A stretch of 26,509 nucleotides of DNA from Spirogloea muscicola (GCA_009602725.1 WELB01000018.1:414524-441032); one strand, 5' to 3'. Positions 11,401 through 21,719 are shown, counted from the first letter of the stretch. A program made the numbers and translations. Notes: generated from the sequence alone by a model not told the origin.

Positions 11401-14400
11401 AGGGTGCCTTCTCTTCCTCCAACTACTGCTGCTACCATTGTGCAACATCATAGAAACATCTTCACAACACCCGTGCTGCAAGATGTTACCAATGCAGGAC
11501 TTTGAAGGGACTACAAAGCACAGGCCCCAAAAATCATTCGAGCAATAACTACAGGGCATGTACCTGAATCAAGTCACACTATACTTGGGCAAGCTCTCCA
11601 CATTACAGATGCATCATGAGGAGGATGGATAACGCATGTCATGACTATTCTCACAGTTGTCTGACTATTCTCACAGTTGTCAAGTGCAGGCTTTTTACAT
11701 TGCAAATGCTAGAGCAGGACATAGAGTTGGAGAGTATGAAAGATAACAGACTTCGCACGATAGGGGAGACAGGCCTTGGGGCTTCATACTTCCTTGAGGA
11801 TTGGGACGTTCACTTTTGGGTGGTTGATCTCAAGACAGGGAGCCCCGTTAGGGGAGCGCAAGTCCACTTAATAAAGGTCAATAGCTGCCTTACACATCCA
11901 AGCCTCGGTGCCTCTTTACCCTTAACGCTGTCTACTCTACCACATGATTATCATTTCATAATGCTGTAGCATGTATAACCCAACTTGAGATTGGGCTATA
12001 GCCAAGACTATGTTTACCTAGAGAATGCCGTCAATCATTAATTCCACATTGTGTGAGGCCTGATGACCAGCAAACAGTCAACTGCTCTCTACTTTAAACA
12101 GAAACCCGCCAAGGAGTGCAAATGAGCAGGTAGTGCTTTTCCCTAAGCTTGTCATTCTAATATGCAACCTACCTACATCAAGCACAGTGATGGTTCCATG
12201 GGTTCATAACGGTTGCAGCACAATCCGTGGAATTACAACAGAGGAAAGAACATGTCCACAAGGAGCACAGATGAGGAGGGGCTGGCAACCTTCAAGCTAC
12301 CGGAGTGCTCCGAGTCGATTTATCTTGCTTACATTCTGCATGATATGAAGGCCATCACCCTATCAATCCACCTATCAATGCCGTACCAGTTTCTTGACCA
12401 GCATAACGAAACAGGCCATCATACAGCCGTTCTGATACCAGATCGACGCACGTACTATGCGAATGAGAGCTTAATGGTGAAAGGGTATGTGCGCCAAGTG
12501 AAGCATTCTGAGGTGCGATTGCAATAGCCTCTGATTACGCATGAGTAGGCCCTGTACATCGATTGATATTATCTGCAGTACTCTGTTGGTAACTTGCATC
12601 TGCAATTGCAGGATGGTGGTGTAAGTCAGCGTCCATGAGTTTGTGGCTAGGCAAGCTATGACATTGTACTATGCGGCGGAGTCGACTTGACTGAGCAATT
12701 TTGCAAGTGAGCTTTTACGTGTCTGTGTTGTGATCCTCAGCTGCAGCTTTCATCCTTGACGGCGAATTTGTATCTAAGAGTGAGGGTATCAACCACCTTC
12801 AAAAAGCATCCAGTTGTTCTTGATCCAACTTATGGAAGCTTCTCAGCGGAGATGCACATACCAGCTGGCACCATGCCTGGCTCATACGAGGTGGAGCTTG
12901 TTATGACAACCGCGGCAACGGCCATGGAGCCCTCCATGCAGCCTGCAACGCCAGAGCCACAATATGTACGTGAAGATGTTGAAGAAGAGATGAGGGGTAG
13001 TGATTCTCAAGAAGATGACAGTCTTCGCTCCTCCTGGCGTACTGTAGCATATGAGCAGCGCATGGGCAATATGACAGGAGCAACAGCAGTGCTGCAGGCA
13101 GCGGAAGACTCAAGCTTGCTTGATGAACATCTATTGGTGACACTGACCACAACAGTATTCCATGTACTTGAAGAGCAAGCACCTGTTGTGACGCTTGACC
13201 TCGTTGCGGATCAAGTTGTGGCAATGCCTGGAGAGTGTCGGAGTTTCACTGCAAAGATAAGGACCTACACAGGTGCACCTGTGGCGGGTGCAATGATCCA
13301 AGTTAGTTGGGAAGTGACAACAGCTCCTAGCTCCCAACAAGACACTGCAATGGAGGACAGGCCTTTGATCTTTTTCATGGAAGGGGATTGTGCTGCTGAG
13401 GAAAGTGAAAACAAGACCTCAGCCAACCCTGGTTCCACCTCCATTGCTTCCACGGCAGAGGGATTGGCCGTCTTCAGGCTGCACATAGTTAGCCAAGAGT
13501 TCACACAACAATATGTTTGGCTGGCAGCAAAAGTTGTGGGCCCTAGTGGGGAGATGGTTTTCAGGCAACTGTACATACCCGTAGCCAAGAGCGAACTCAC
13601 TCTCAACCTACTGCTCACACAGAGTTTCCCTTTGCCTGGGCAACACTTTGGTGAGAACACAAGCTATATATCCGCTGGTCATGGCTTAGAGGGAGGCCGT
13701 AGGTGCAATCCATGATATGGCATCACATGACTATGCAGAACGTCTGGACGTTCATTTTATGTATGATGCAGGCATGTCACCAAGGATGCCACAATCACCA
13801 GCATTGCTCACTCACTACCCTCCATGCAGGTGTTCAAGTGCTTTTAAGAAGAGCATTGACAGATCGACCCCTAATGGTTGAAGATGTATACTCACCAGTG
13901 GTTATATTGACGTTGCTGGTCAATCGGACAAGCAAGAATGGCATGTCGCAAATGAAGGAAGTCTCTACTTGCCTCACCAATGCAACGACTCTGGATCCAA
14001 GTAGCAAGCTACAAAAATCTGGTCATCATTATGCAGGTTCCTTGTGCAGCTTTCAGATGCGCAAGATGGCCCAGTATCTTCTGAGAGGTTGCCTCAATGA
14101 TGCATCTGGCGTTGAGATATGCAGTGCCCTTCAACTAGGGTCTTCCAAGCAGGTGAATACATAGTAATGAGTGGGTGGGTAATCTAGCATAGATGTTATT
14201 ACACCTTGATATTGACATAAAAGGATATGTTCTGGCTTACTAGCTGCAGCACTTACAGTCACACATCCTTCCTATTGCAGCAATGGAAAGACTGCCCTTT
14301 GTCCAGGCATGGCCGTTTCATAAGCACACTGGACAAAGAGGAATACAGTATGGGAGACACAGCGGTGGTCTCCTTCGATACACCATACATAAATGCTTGG

Positions 14401-17400
14401 GCCCTGGCAATGTGGGGACCAACGCATGGACGTCAGATGAAGACCTTCCAGCTGCATGGATTTCCAAGAACCTCAATTTCTATCTCAATTGGAGATGAGT
14501 GCAGAAAAGGCTGTGCACTGCAGATTGTAAGTTCTGGCAGCCTTCTATCGCTTGCTAAGTTGCAGAAACGGGCTTGCCTGACCTCTGGCTTGAAGATGAC
14601 ATGATCTCTGATAAGCTGTGCTTGCTCCTGTGTGTGGTAGCTTGTAGCAGTTCCTCGACAAAAATCCACACTATTATCCAACAGATTGGCAACTATCCCT
14701 TCCAGTGCAACATTTGACATCAATGCTCCCACCACCCACAGCATGTTCTTGATACTACCCATCCGGCAGATAGATGGAGCGTTGGAGATCGACTTGGTTA
14801 GTCCTTGTGACTCTGGTCATGTTGCACAGGCACGGTTTGATACGAAACGAGAAGCATGATAATTCCGCTCCAGTGAACAAGTCCTTATTCCAAACTGCAG
14901 AGATATCTTAGATAATTAACCAGTAGCTTTTTGGTGCAAGCATGCGCAGTCTGTTCCTGAAGGAGCACTTCTGCCGGACACTGCAGTGACAGTGGACATT
15001 GGCATAGCTTGCCGTGGCCTACCAGAATCTGATGTTGAACTGACGGTTGTCGCTGTGGACAAAGCCACTTTGGGAACGGCACAATTCCCCTTGGCATCAT
15101 TTCAGGAGATACTTGACACAGCAAGTGTCAGCAACGGCGGAATGTATGAAGCGCTGGTGGTGTCAACACAGGAACACCTGCTGGCGCCTAAGTATCTCCA
15201 GACTGTCGTCCAGAAATTTGAGCAGCTGAAGAAACTTGAACCTGGGCTTGTGTATGTGCACAGCTTGTTACCTCGTCAAATAGGGCCTACTACTGCGTGG
15301 GATTGCAGATGATTTGTGTCTACTCTGAAGTAATCGTCAAAAACCTGCTGATGCTGGGGACCTAGCTGTGCTCAATGAAAAGAAGGCTTACAGGAAGGAG
15401 TAATTGATACTAACTTTGAGACTTGGACTTGTCTTTCACAGTGTTCAAGACCTCTGCCGTGGAAACAATCTGTTGGAACCCTTCAGAGCTAATTTCTACG
15501 ACAAGAGAGTCATTGACATGGATGTAAACGAGGCCTTGATGCAATTTACTTCCAGCCTTTCTGACGAGACAGGTTTGGTCTGAACTGAAATCTAAAATCG
15601 GCGAATCTGCACTGCTTTGGCGTGCCTGGGCTGTTTTGAGTGGCTGCCACTATAAATTTGACTTTCACCACATGACGGGTATGGCTCAAAGGACAGAGTG
15701 GTAGACATTTGTCACCAAAAGCTCAACCTTGCCTTGTTTCAATAGGAGCAGCTGACTTGACGAGGAGCCGCGATACTTTCAGTGTAGCTGCCACAGCGGT
15801 GAAGACGTATCCTCTCACCGATGCCATCACACTCGTTCAGGACGGGCATGATGATGTCCTCTTCAGAAGGAGAACACACTTCAATCCCACGCTACTCTTT
15901 GCAACCCAGGTCGTTTCTGACAAGCTTGGCAAGGTAAGCAAGGCATGACCAATATTCCAGCGTGCGTCAATTTGCTGCACACATGTGGTCTAGCAATTGC
16001 TCTGGAAGGCACAAACAAATCAACGATCTGGCAATCAATAACCTATATATAGCTCACTCTTCGATTGCAGGTGGCTGTCACCTTCCAGCTACCTGCCAAT
16101 GTGCGTTCGCTAGCTATTCATGCCTATGCAGCTACCAAAGACCACAGGTTTGCTTCTGCAGAGGCACAGTTGGTCGTGAGAAGATCAATCTCACTTCGAG
16201 CTTCTGCCCCCAAACTGGTCAGGCTTGGAGACGTTTTTGAGGCAGGAGTAAATGTTAGATTGGACAATTATACACCACAGAAAGGTATTAACGTGTCCAT
16301 AGTGTTGACAACGAGCGGGGTAAGCACTGTGGGTGATACTCCAACAATCAAGTACATCCTGGGGCCAGCAACAGGAGAGGTAATAGTTGCAGTGCTTGTC
16401 TAGGTGCACAGCCCCATCCGAAGTTGCACGAAGAGCACAAATGCTTTTAGTATGTCCTCATAATCTCATCACATGCAAAGTAGTTGACACGTAGAGACTG
16501 TTTCATGTGAATATGAGACTCAGAGCATGGCTTCAACATGTGTGCTAAAGAAGCCCATGCCTGCAGAGCTAGCTAGCTACTCATCACTTCAGTCCTCAAC
16601 ATTTGACAACCATTGGCTTCCTCATGCAGGCCGTGTTCCATCTCTCCGCACATGCTATTGGTGTCGCTGTTTTGCACTTCAAGGCAGTCGTGGGGCACGA
16701 GGTCGAGGATCAAGTCGAAGCAAAAGTGCAGGTGGAAGCTTTGCATGAGAATGTGATGCACTCGTCCAGCTTTGTAATGTCAGCCAGCGAGGAACGGCAA
16801 GAAGGCGTGGAGATCCCACCACCTCTTTCAGAGAGTGGAAAGTTGATTATCCGAGCAGGGTAGTCTTCGCATGAACCAAATACCACCTGAGTTGAGCCGC
16901 AAACGAGCCATTCAATTAGGTGTATGCATTGGTGTACTCCATGTTTTGATGAGAATGCATTACAGCAGCATAATCATGTTGATCTGACAACGTCTTTCCT
17001 TCAGGATTGGGAGGCAGCCAGCCATAGACGCAATCGCCCAGATGTTGGATTTACACGCCCCTGTTCAAGATTGCATCTCCCATGAGTGGCTCATTGCTAA
17101 GCTGGCAGCTTCACTGTCAACGTCGGAGTACCTGCAAGGAAGTTCTCTGCTTGAGCTTGATGTTCCTGAAAAGATATCCAGCAACCTGAGTGACTTGGTT
17201 GCAAGTGGTATGTACAAACCTTCTTGTTGGTACAAGCAGAACTTGGTCGCGATGAGTATCGTCCTGCGATCCAAGAGTAGAAGCAACTTGGCTGGAGTGG
17301 TCACAACCCCTTCTGGCAAGCATGTTACTTGCTTAAAGTTCTGCAAATTGCTTTTCTTTGTCCAGGGTCGCTCTGCTGGAGCTCCAGTCCTTGTGATGTG

Positions 17401-20058
17401 GGCTTTCAAGCTGTTGCCCTCTTCTTGCTGAGGCTGTTGGAACGTCTGAACTGCCCCTTGCTGAGCCCGTTGCTCAATGAGTACCTGCAACGGACGTGGC
17501 ACGAGGGTCTCGTCCTGAGGTTGGAATCTTGTCACGAAGTTCAAGGCACCATGCGGATACGGCTCCTAGCGGAGGCGCGTCTCGCCCTTGGCACATCCTG
17601 GGTGTACAGAAGGCGCAGAGACAGAAGCCTCCGGAGAGATCTTGGCATGAGCCGTCTTCTTCAGCATGTGTCCCAGCTCTCAAACTTTCACAAAGCAGCA
17701 CTTGGTCTTACTTTGTCAGCGTCCTTGGACGACTTCTACTCATCACTTTGGGCTTCAGAGCTAGCAAATATCATCACATCATTGCGAGCTGCTGTGAGAA
17801 TCCAAGGCAGCACTGCATACATCACGGAGGGGTCCAACCAGCCTGCTTCCAGATCTGCTAATGCCATGGCGCTACTACTTTTCACCAAGGCAAAGTTGTC
17901 ATTCGTGCTTCGCGCTCCGTGCATGTTGAAGTCATGCACAGGAGCCACCAAGTTCGAAGCATCCTTGCGTAGCTGCTTAGTGCTGCTCTCTTTGATCAGG
18001 GTCTCTGAGCAGCGTCTGTGATGTTGTGAATTCGGTGATTGCTTACTCAGGAAGTCCTGTGCATTTTAGTTCGAATTCAATCTTAGTTTGATTCTTATGG
18101 AAGAGTTTGATCCTGGCTCAGAATGACCGCTCAAGGTGAGAGCCAGCTAACAAATACTCGTTTGCTGCAGCTCAATGGCACGGGAGACATAGAAGAGAAA
18201 ATTGCAAATTACCTCTCTGCATATAGTTCCTTGGGAGGCCAAAACCTGGGAATCTACCGCGTCAGCCCTAGGGAGGCTTCCTTGTCCATTATAGCACTTG
18301 CATTGTACGACCAATGGAAGGGCAGTGTGAGCACTGATTTTCAGCTTGAAGCTGCTGTTGGGAAGAAGAAGTTATTGACGGCCTCCTTCAGGTTTGGAGG
18401 GAGCTCACCTCTGGTACAGAGATCGTTCTCCTTTCAGGAGGTTGGCTCAGCCAGGCCTAGCATAAAGTATCAGGCCAGTGGCAAGGGAGAGGTATGATCT
18501 CATTGTGCCGCTCTAATTGATGAAGTGTTCAAGCTGACATCATCATACCACCTTTTTAGCCCCTGCAGATTCAACATCATTCATGCCTACTGTGCGTGCA
18601 GGTATCTGTCACAACCACAGTCAGCTATGTGCCGCTGAAAGTCATCACCTTCCCTCTTTTCCGTGGGCTGGATGTAAGACGGGTAATCCAGAAGATAGAT
18701 GTCTCAACAGGTGAAATCGTGCTGGAGGATCTTACCTGGGTGAGTGAAGTAGCAGCAACTCTCCAAGATGGTCTACAATCGGTTCATCCTCGTTGTTATT
18801 GTAGTCATGCTCAAGGCGGCTTCTTTAAGGCGGCTCAAGTTGTCAGACACCCAAGATGCGCTGCTTCTCCTCAGGTATCCAATAGAAGTGCATCGACCAC
18901 CGGATTCTTTCATGACTGCAGGTGGAGGTTGGCTCAGTTCTACAAGTCACTGTCCAAATGACTACCCTCGATGATATTGAAGGTCTGCAGCTGGTCGATA
19001 AGCTGCCTGGAGGTTGTGAACCTCTTTCCAATTATGGTGCCTCTGACGCACGAGATGGCCTTCCTGGCTCCCATGCTAAGTAAGTGCACACATGTCAAAC
19101 TTAATCTGCGGCAGACGTGGAAGTCGCTCTTAACAGATTTTGTAGAGCATTTTCCTTTCCAGAGTGCAAGATGGATGTCTTCACTTCATGCAGCACTTCA
19201 ATGGCTACCTACATTCTCGAGCTTCTGGGCACTCCGATCGACTGGGTATGCAATAAATAAGCTCAAGCCCATACGTCAAGCTTATGCAGGGGATTCGCTA
19301 CGCCATGGTATGACGAGCAACAGATGACTATGTCTGCAGTTCGAGTGTCTAGTGGCTTTCTCAAGGCAGGCACATACACATACAGCTACAAGGCAGTAGC
19401 CACCACCGTCGGCCATTTCTCGCTTCCACCATGCCAGGCATCTCTTAAAGGCCAACCAGAGGTCATGGGCCTTGCCCCAGGCGGCCAGTTTTGGATAGTG
19501 CCCATGCAGACTCGTCCAAACTCTCCTCCAATGAGCAGGCTGTTCCTTGTACCTTATCTCTGCCCCCACGACTGCAGGTCGAGGTTCCTTCCTTCAACTC
19601 AAGCTGGCTGCCAGCACTTGCATTTGAGGGATACAATTAGGCGGTTGTTTCGTTGCTTGAGCCCCGCTCCTTTTATGTGCGACTCGCGGAAATCACATGC
19701 CTGCGCAGTGCGTTAAGAGTGGCTGCCCGTATCCTGTTGCTGTGGCTGGTGCAGTGGCCACGGAGTCTGTAACGGGCTCACCAACAAATGCATCTGCGAT
19801 AAGTCCTTCCAAGGTGCAGATTGTGCCAACATGCAAAAGCCCAGCTTGATGATGCGGTTGCTCACACGGGACAATCTGGATATGAGTGGCCTCAAAGAAG
19901 GAGGTCAGGACGAAGAGATATACCACTTCATGATCTTTTCCTCTGGCATGGTGGTCATACTGGCGGCCTACTTGTTCTACAAGGGGGCAAAGCAGGCTTG
20001 GCGTATTTGGCGAAAGCGAACTGGCTTACGCCAAAAAAGGACTCGTACCCTGTGGTGA
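7245..20058 (+). CDS. Multi-exon bacterial-type alpha-2-macroglobulin-like protein (YfhM/YfaS family) with C-terminal EGF-like domain and transmembrane helix, ~2,300 aa
   Basis: Manually spliced, phase-compatible exons: 7939-8011, 8241-8344, 8596-8700, 8830-8932, 9077-9159, 9334-9391, ~9561-9991, 10145-10337, 10532-~10670, 10820-10913, ~11013-11175, 11333-11403, 11690-11876, 12219-12512, 12741-13650, 13830-14152, 14281-14526, 14641-14796, 14950-15251, 15442-15572, 15746-15933, 16071-16379, 16630-16859, 17005-17207, 17366-17889, 18171-18491, 18602-18739, 18922-19079, 19290-19577, 19755-20058. The 5' exons 7245-7281 and 7615-7683 are tentative. Bacterial A2M motifs appear in the canonical order (see sub-features). 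Exons at 10.7-11.4 kb and the start codon are the least certain parts. Confidence 0.85.
7939..10670 (+). CDS. A2M-like gene: N-terminal Ig-like (Big_5-like) exons
   Basis: LDGLTPIT|MTFTRAALALGAD...PIPGKYHW|VSTSVYRFDPDETWPPDL; EVPPDGR|LVLTFSSAVN; KY|KLFVRNTSLVVDGYGQPLESSSIIF. These resemble the N-terminal Ig repeats of long bacterial A2Ms. Confidence 0.7.
8351..8408. repeat. (CA)29 microsatellite in an intron of the A2M-like gene
   Basis: Perfect CA run starting a few bases after the 8345 donor. Confidence 0.95.
11642..11681. repeat. 20-bp perfect tandem duplication next to an intron acceptor
   Basis: TGACTATTCTCACAGTTGTC x2, ending 8 nt before the exon at 11690. Confidence 0.85.
11690..15251 (+). 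CDS. A2M-like gene: macroglobulin (MG) domain and bait-region-domain exons
   Basis: FWVVDLKTGSPVRGAQVHL, STDEEGLATF, LIPDRRTYYANESLMVKGYVR (MG2 'TDRxxYRPGxxVxxKGxxR'), YGSFSAEMHIPAGTMPGSYEV, LDKEEYSMGDTAVVSFDTPY, ELTVVAVDKATL. Confidence 0.85.
15442..16859 (+). CDS. A2M-like gene: putative bait region and A2M core domain exons
   Basis: RRRTHFNPTLLFATQVVSDKLGK|VAVTFQLPANVRSLAIHAYAATKDHRFASAEAQLVVRRSISLRASAPKLVRLGDVFEAGVNV matches the A2M family pattern 'RxxFxxTxxW...GxxxVxFxLPDNLTxW...PRFLRxGD'. Confidence 0.9.
17005..18491 (+). CDS. A2M-like gene: helical thioester-domain-equivalent exons without CxEQ
   Basis: AIAQMLDLHAPVQDCISHEWLIAKL lies at the position of YPYGCxEQ; downstream SRSANAMALLLFTK|LNGTGDIEEKIANYL and SPREASLSIIALALYDQ resemble TED helices. 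Confidence 0.7.
18092..18131 (+). rRNA. Short intronic fragment of the 5' end of a bacterial/organellar SSU (16S-type) rRNA; not a functional gene
   Basis: AGAGTTTGATCCTGGCTCAG (18102-18121) is an exact match to the universal 27F site, followed by AATGACCGCT (cf. A/GATGAACGCT). Similarity stops after ~18131. Confidence 0.75.
18602..19577 (+). CDS. A2M-like gene: C-terminal MG10-type domain exons
   Basis: FRGLDVRRVI, VEVGSVLQVTVQMTTLDDIEGLQLVDKLPGGCEPL ('DxLPAGxE'), FLKAGTYTYSYKAVATTVGHFSLPPCQASLKGQPEVMGLA ('LxxGxYxxxYxxRAxxPGxFxxPPAxAxxMYxPExxG'). Confidence 0.9.
19561..20058 (+). CDS. A2M-like gene: EGF-like module, transmembrane helix and cytoplasmic tail
   Basis: Splicing 19577 to 19755 gives CPHDCSGHGVCNGLTNKCICDKSFQGADCA (6-Cys EGF), then IYHFMIFSSGMVVILAAYLFY and the basic KGAKQAWRIWRKR; stop at 20056-20058, although a further splice at TG|GTGAAT is possible. 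Confidence 0.8.
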
Positions 20059-20319
20059 ATCTGTTTCTTCTCAGCGTGCTTGCCTACATGACGCTGCAAG
20101 AATGTTGGTAGGAGTCTAAGCAAAACAAGGTGCTGGGAACCTCCATACTCTAGCAGAGTGTTATGCAAATAACAGTCGCCTGGAGGCATATGCAGATTGT
20201 CGTCATTACAATCAGCCATAGACCAAGAAAGTGGCATATAGATGGTGAGGTCATTTTGCAGATCTGCATAGGGTGCAAGACTTCCATTCATGTCTGTCAT
20301 GTTTTACTTACCTGCCGGC

Positions 20320-20790
20320 CGAAGTTTCCCCTTCGACTTGTGCAATTGCAGAGCAGATATGAAGAACTTTTAAGTCATACTCAAGGCAAGTTACTTGCAC
20401 AGTGATATACGGCAGCAAATGAAGTGTCGCAGCTTGCCGGGTTTCATCATTTGGCCACCATGAAGCTTCATAGTGGAGTGGAGTTGGACAAGCAGGAGAC
20501 CAAGGTGGCGGCTGCAAGTAAGGCTGCAAGTCGGGTGTATTCCTTTCTCCTCTGTGGCCAGATTTGTAGAATCCAGTCAAGACGGAGGCAGTCTGCCGGT
20601 CCTGTGGAGAAGGCCAAACGGCCAGCTAAGTTGTCAGGAGTGAGGAAGACAAGAAGCGGCGCCAGCAGCAGCTGTCAGGGCCAGTTGCGATGGCACAGTT
20701 TCGTGAGTTGCGAGCTCTTGAAAGAGATCTTGGGGGCTCGGTGGCTCGAATTGCACCGGCTTGTGGTCGCGTTAACAACAGCTCTTCCAA
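20320..20790. repeat. Dispersed repeat, copy 2 (homologous to 1-560)
   Basis: Collinear similarity through ...CCGGCTTGTGGTCGCGTTAA. Confidence 0.85.
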
Positions 20791-20884
20791 TGTAAGAGAA
20801 ATTGCTCGCTCACAGAGAGAAGGCGCGCGGGGCGCATGAAATGAAATGGAGGCCAATTCAAGCCGATACATTGTTCAGGCAGAG

Positions 20885-21135
20885 TCTAGGGCAAAATAAA
20901 CAGGGTTACATAATACGGAGACCTAAACTAAGGTGCCTAAGGTGACATCAGTACCCACGGGTGAGCACAAACAAATCCGACAAGCTAACTTGGGGAGCTG
21001 GAGCGCCGCCACGAAAGCCGGAGGCCTGACTTAGAGCGCGCCCTGCACGTTGATGAAGAGCCAATGCTTGCGAGCGCTGCAAACTAAGTGAGAGCCGCAT
21101 TCTGTAATATGCAACTAAGGCCTGCGGAATGCTGG
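20885..21135 (-). mobile_element. LINE 3' fragment (divergent subfamily C)
   Basis: VAYYRMRLSLSLQRSQALALHQRAGRALSQASGFRGGAPAPQVSLSDLFVLTRGY*; related to 25975-26165 (+). Confidence 0.75.
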
Positions 21136-21214
21136 AGTGGCTCAAGCTGCCCCCCCGACCTCGACGCGCCGCATCAACCAGCCCGGCCAGATGCTGGATC
21201 AGGGAGGACCATTT

Positions 21215-21345
21215 TACAGAGGGTGGGGGCTAGGAAAGGCCAGCCCAAAGAGAATGGACAAGGCTCAAAGAGCCGCAAGCCGCCTAACGCACACAGCTAT
21301 GCACGAGACTACTGCGGAGGGGAGCTTACTAACCCCGACTTAGCA
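21215..21345 (-). mobile_element. LINE 3'UTR fragment
   Basis: The reverse complement contains TGTCCATTCTCTTTGGGCTGGCCTTTCCTAGCCCC, the shared terminal hairpin motif. Confidence 0.6.
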
Positions 21346-21481
21346 GCAGCAAGTCGGAGTAACTCGCGAGAATGAATGTAATGAAAAACAGATCATGAAA
21401 AAAGGTCCAAAGAGCCGTTAAGTCTTGCTGGCCGCAAGGGACGCAGGCTGACCTGAAGAACACGGGCACTGTGGCCCTGAT

Positions 21482-21670
21482 GTGCCGCATGCGGCCCTCA
21501 ATCTTCCCTGCAGTGTTCCTTGGCTCACGCCTTGCATCTGCGTGCTGGCCGTGCCCTGGCTGCCGCCTCCGCCTATCGGCAGAGAAATACGTGTACAAGA
21601 GATGGAGGCCCTGAGTGGCCGAGTACTGGGGCATGCACATCTACAGATGTGCATCACCTGCTGCTAAGCC
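21482..21670 (+). mobile_element. Degenerate LINE 3' ORF fragment
   Basis: LAHALHLRAGRALAAASAYRQ, followed by a remnant STDVHHLLLSR. Confidence 0.65.
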
Positions 21671-21719
21671 GACCCGCTCTGTTACCACGGGTCAGCAAGT
21701 ATAGTTCACTTATTTCTGT

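Noticed and set aside
18092..18200. Functional 16S rRNA gene or bacterial contaminant contig
   Set aside because: Similarity lasts only ~40 bp and lies between phase-compatible spliceosomal exons.
7245..20058. Bacterial A2M operon or fragmented bacterial pseudogene
   Set aside because: Coding blocks are bounded by GT/AG signals with consistent phases, and no pbpC or other operon partner is visible.
1..20790. Giant LTR element bounded by the 1-560 / 20320-20790 repeats
   Set aside because: No TG...CA termini, primer-binding site, polypurine tract or gag-pol seen, and the interior is a host gene plus unrelated TEs.
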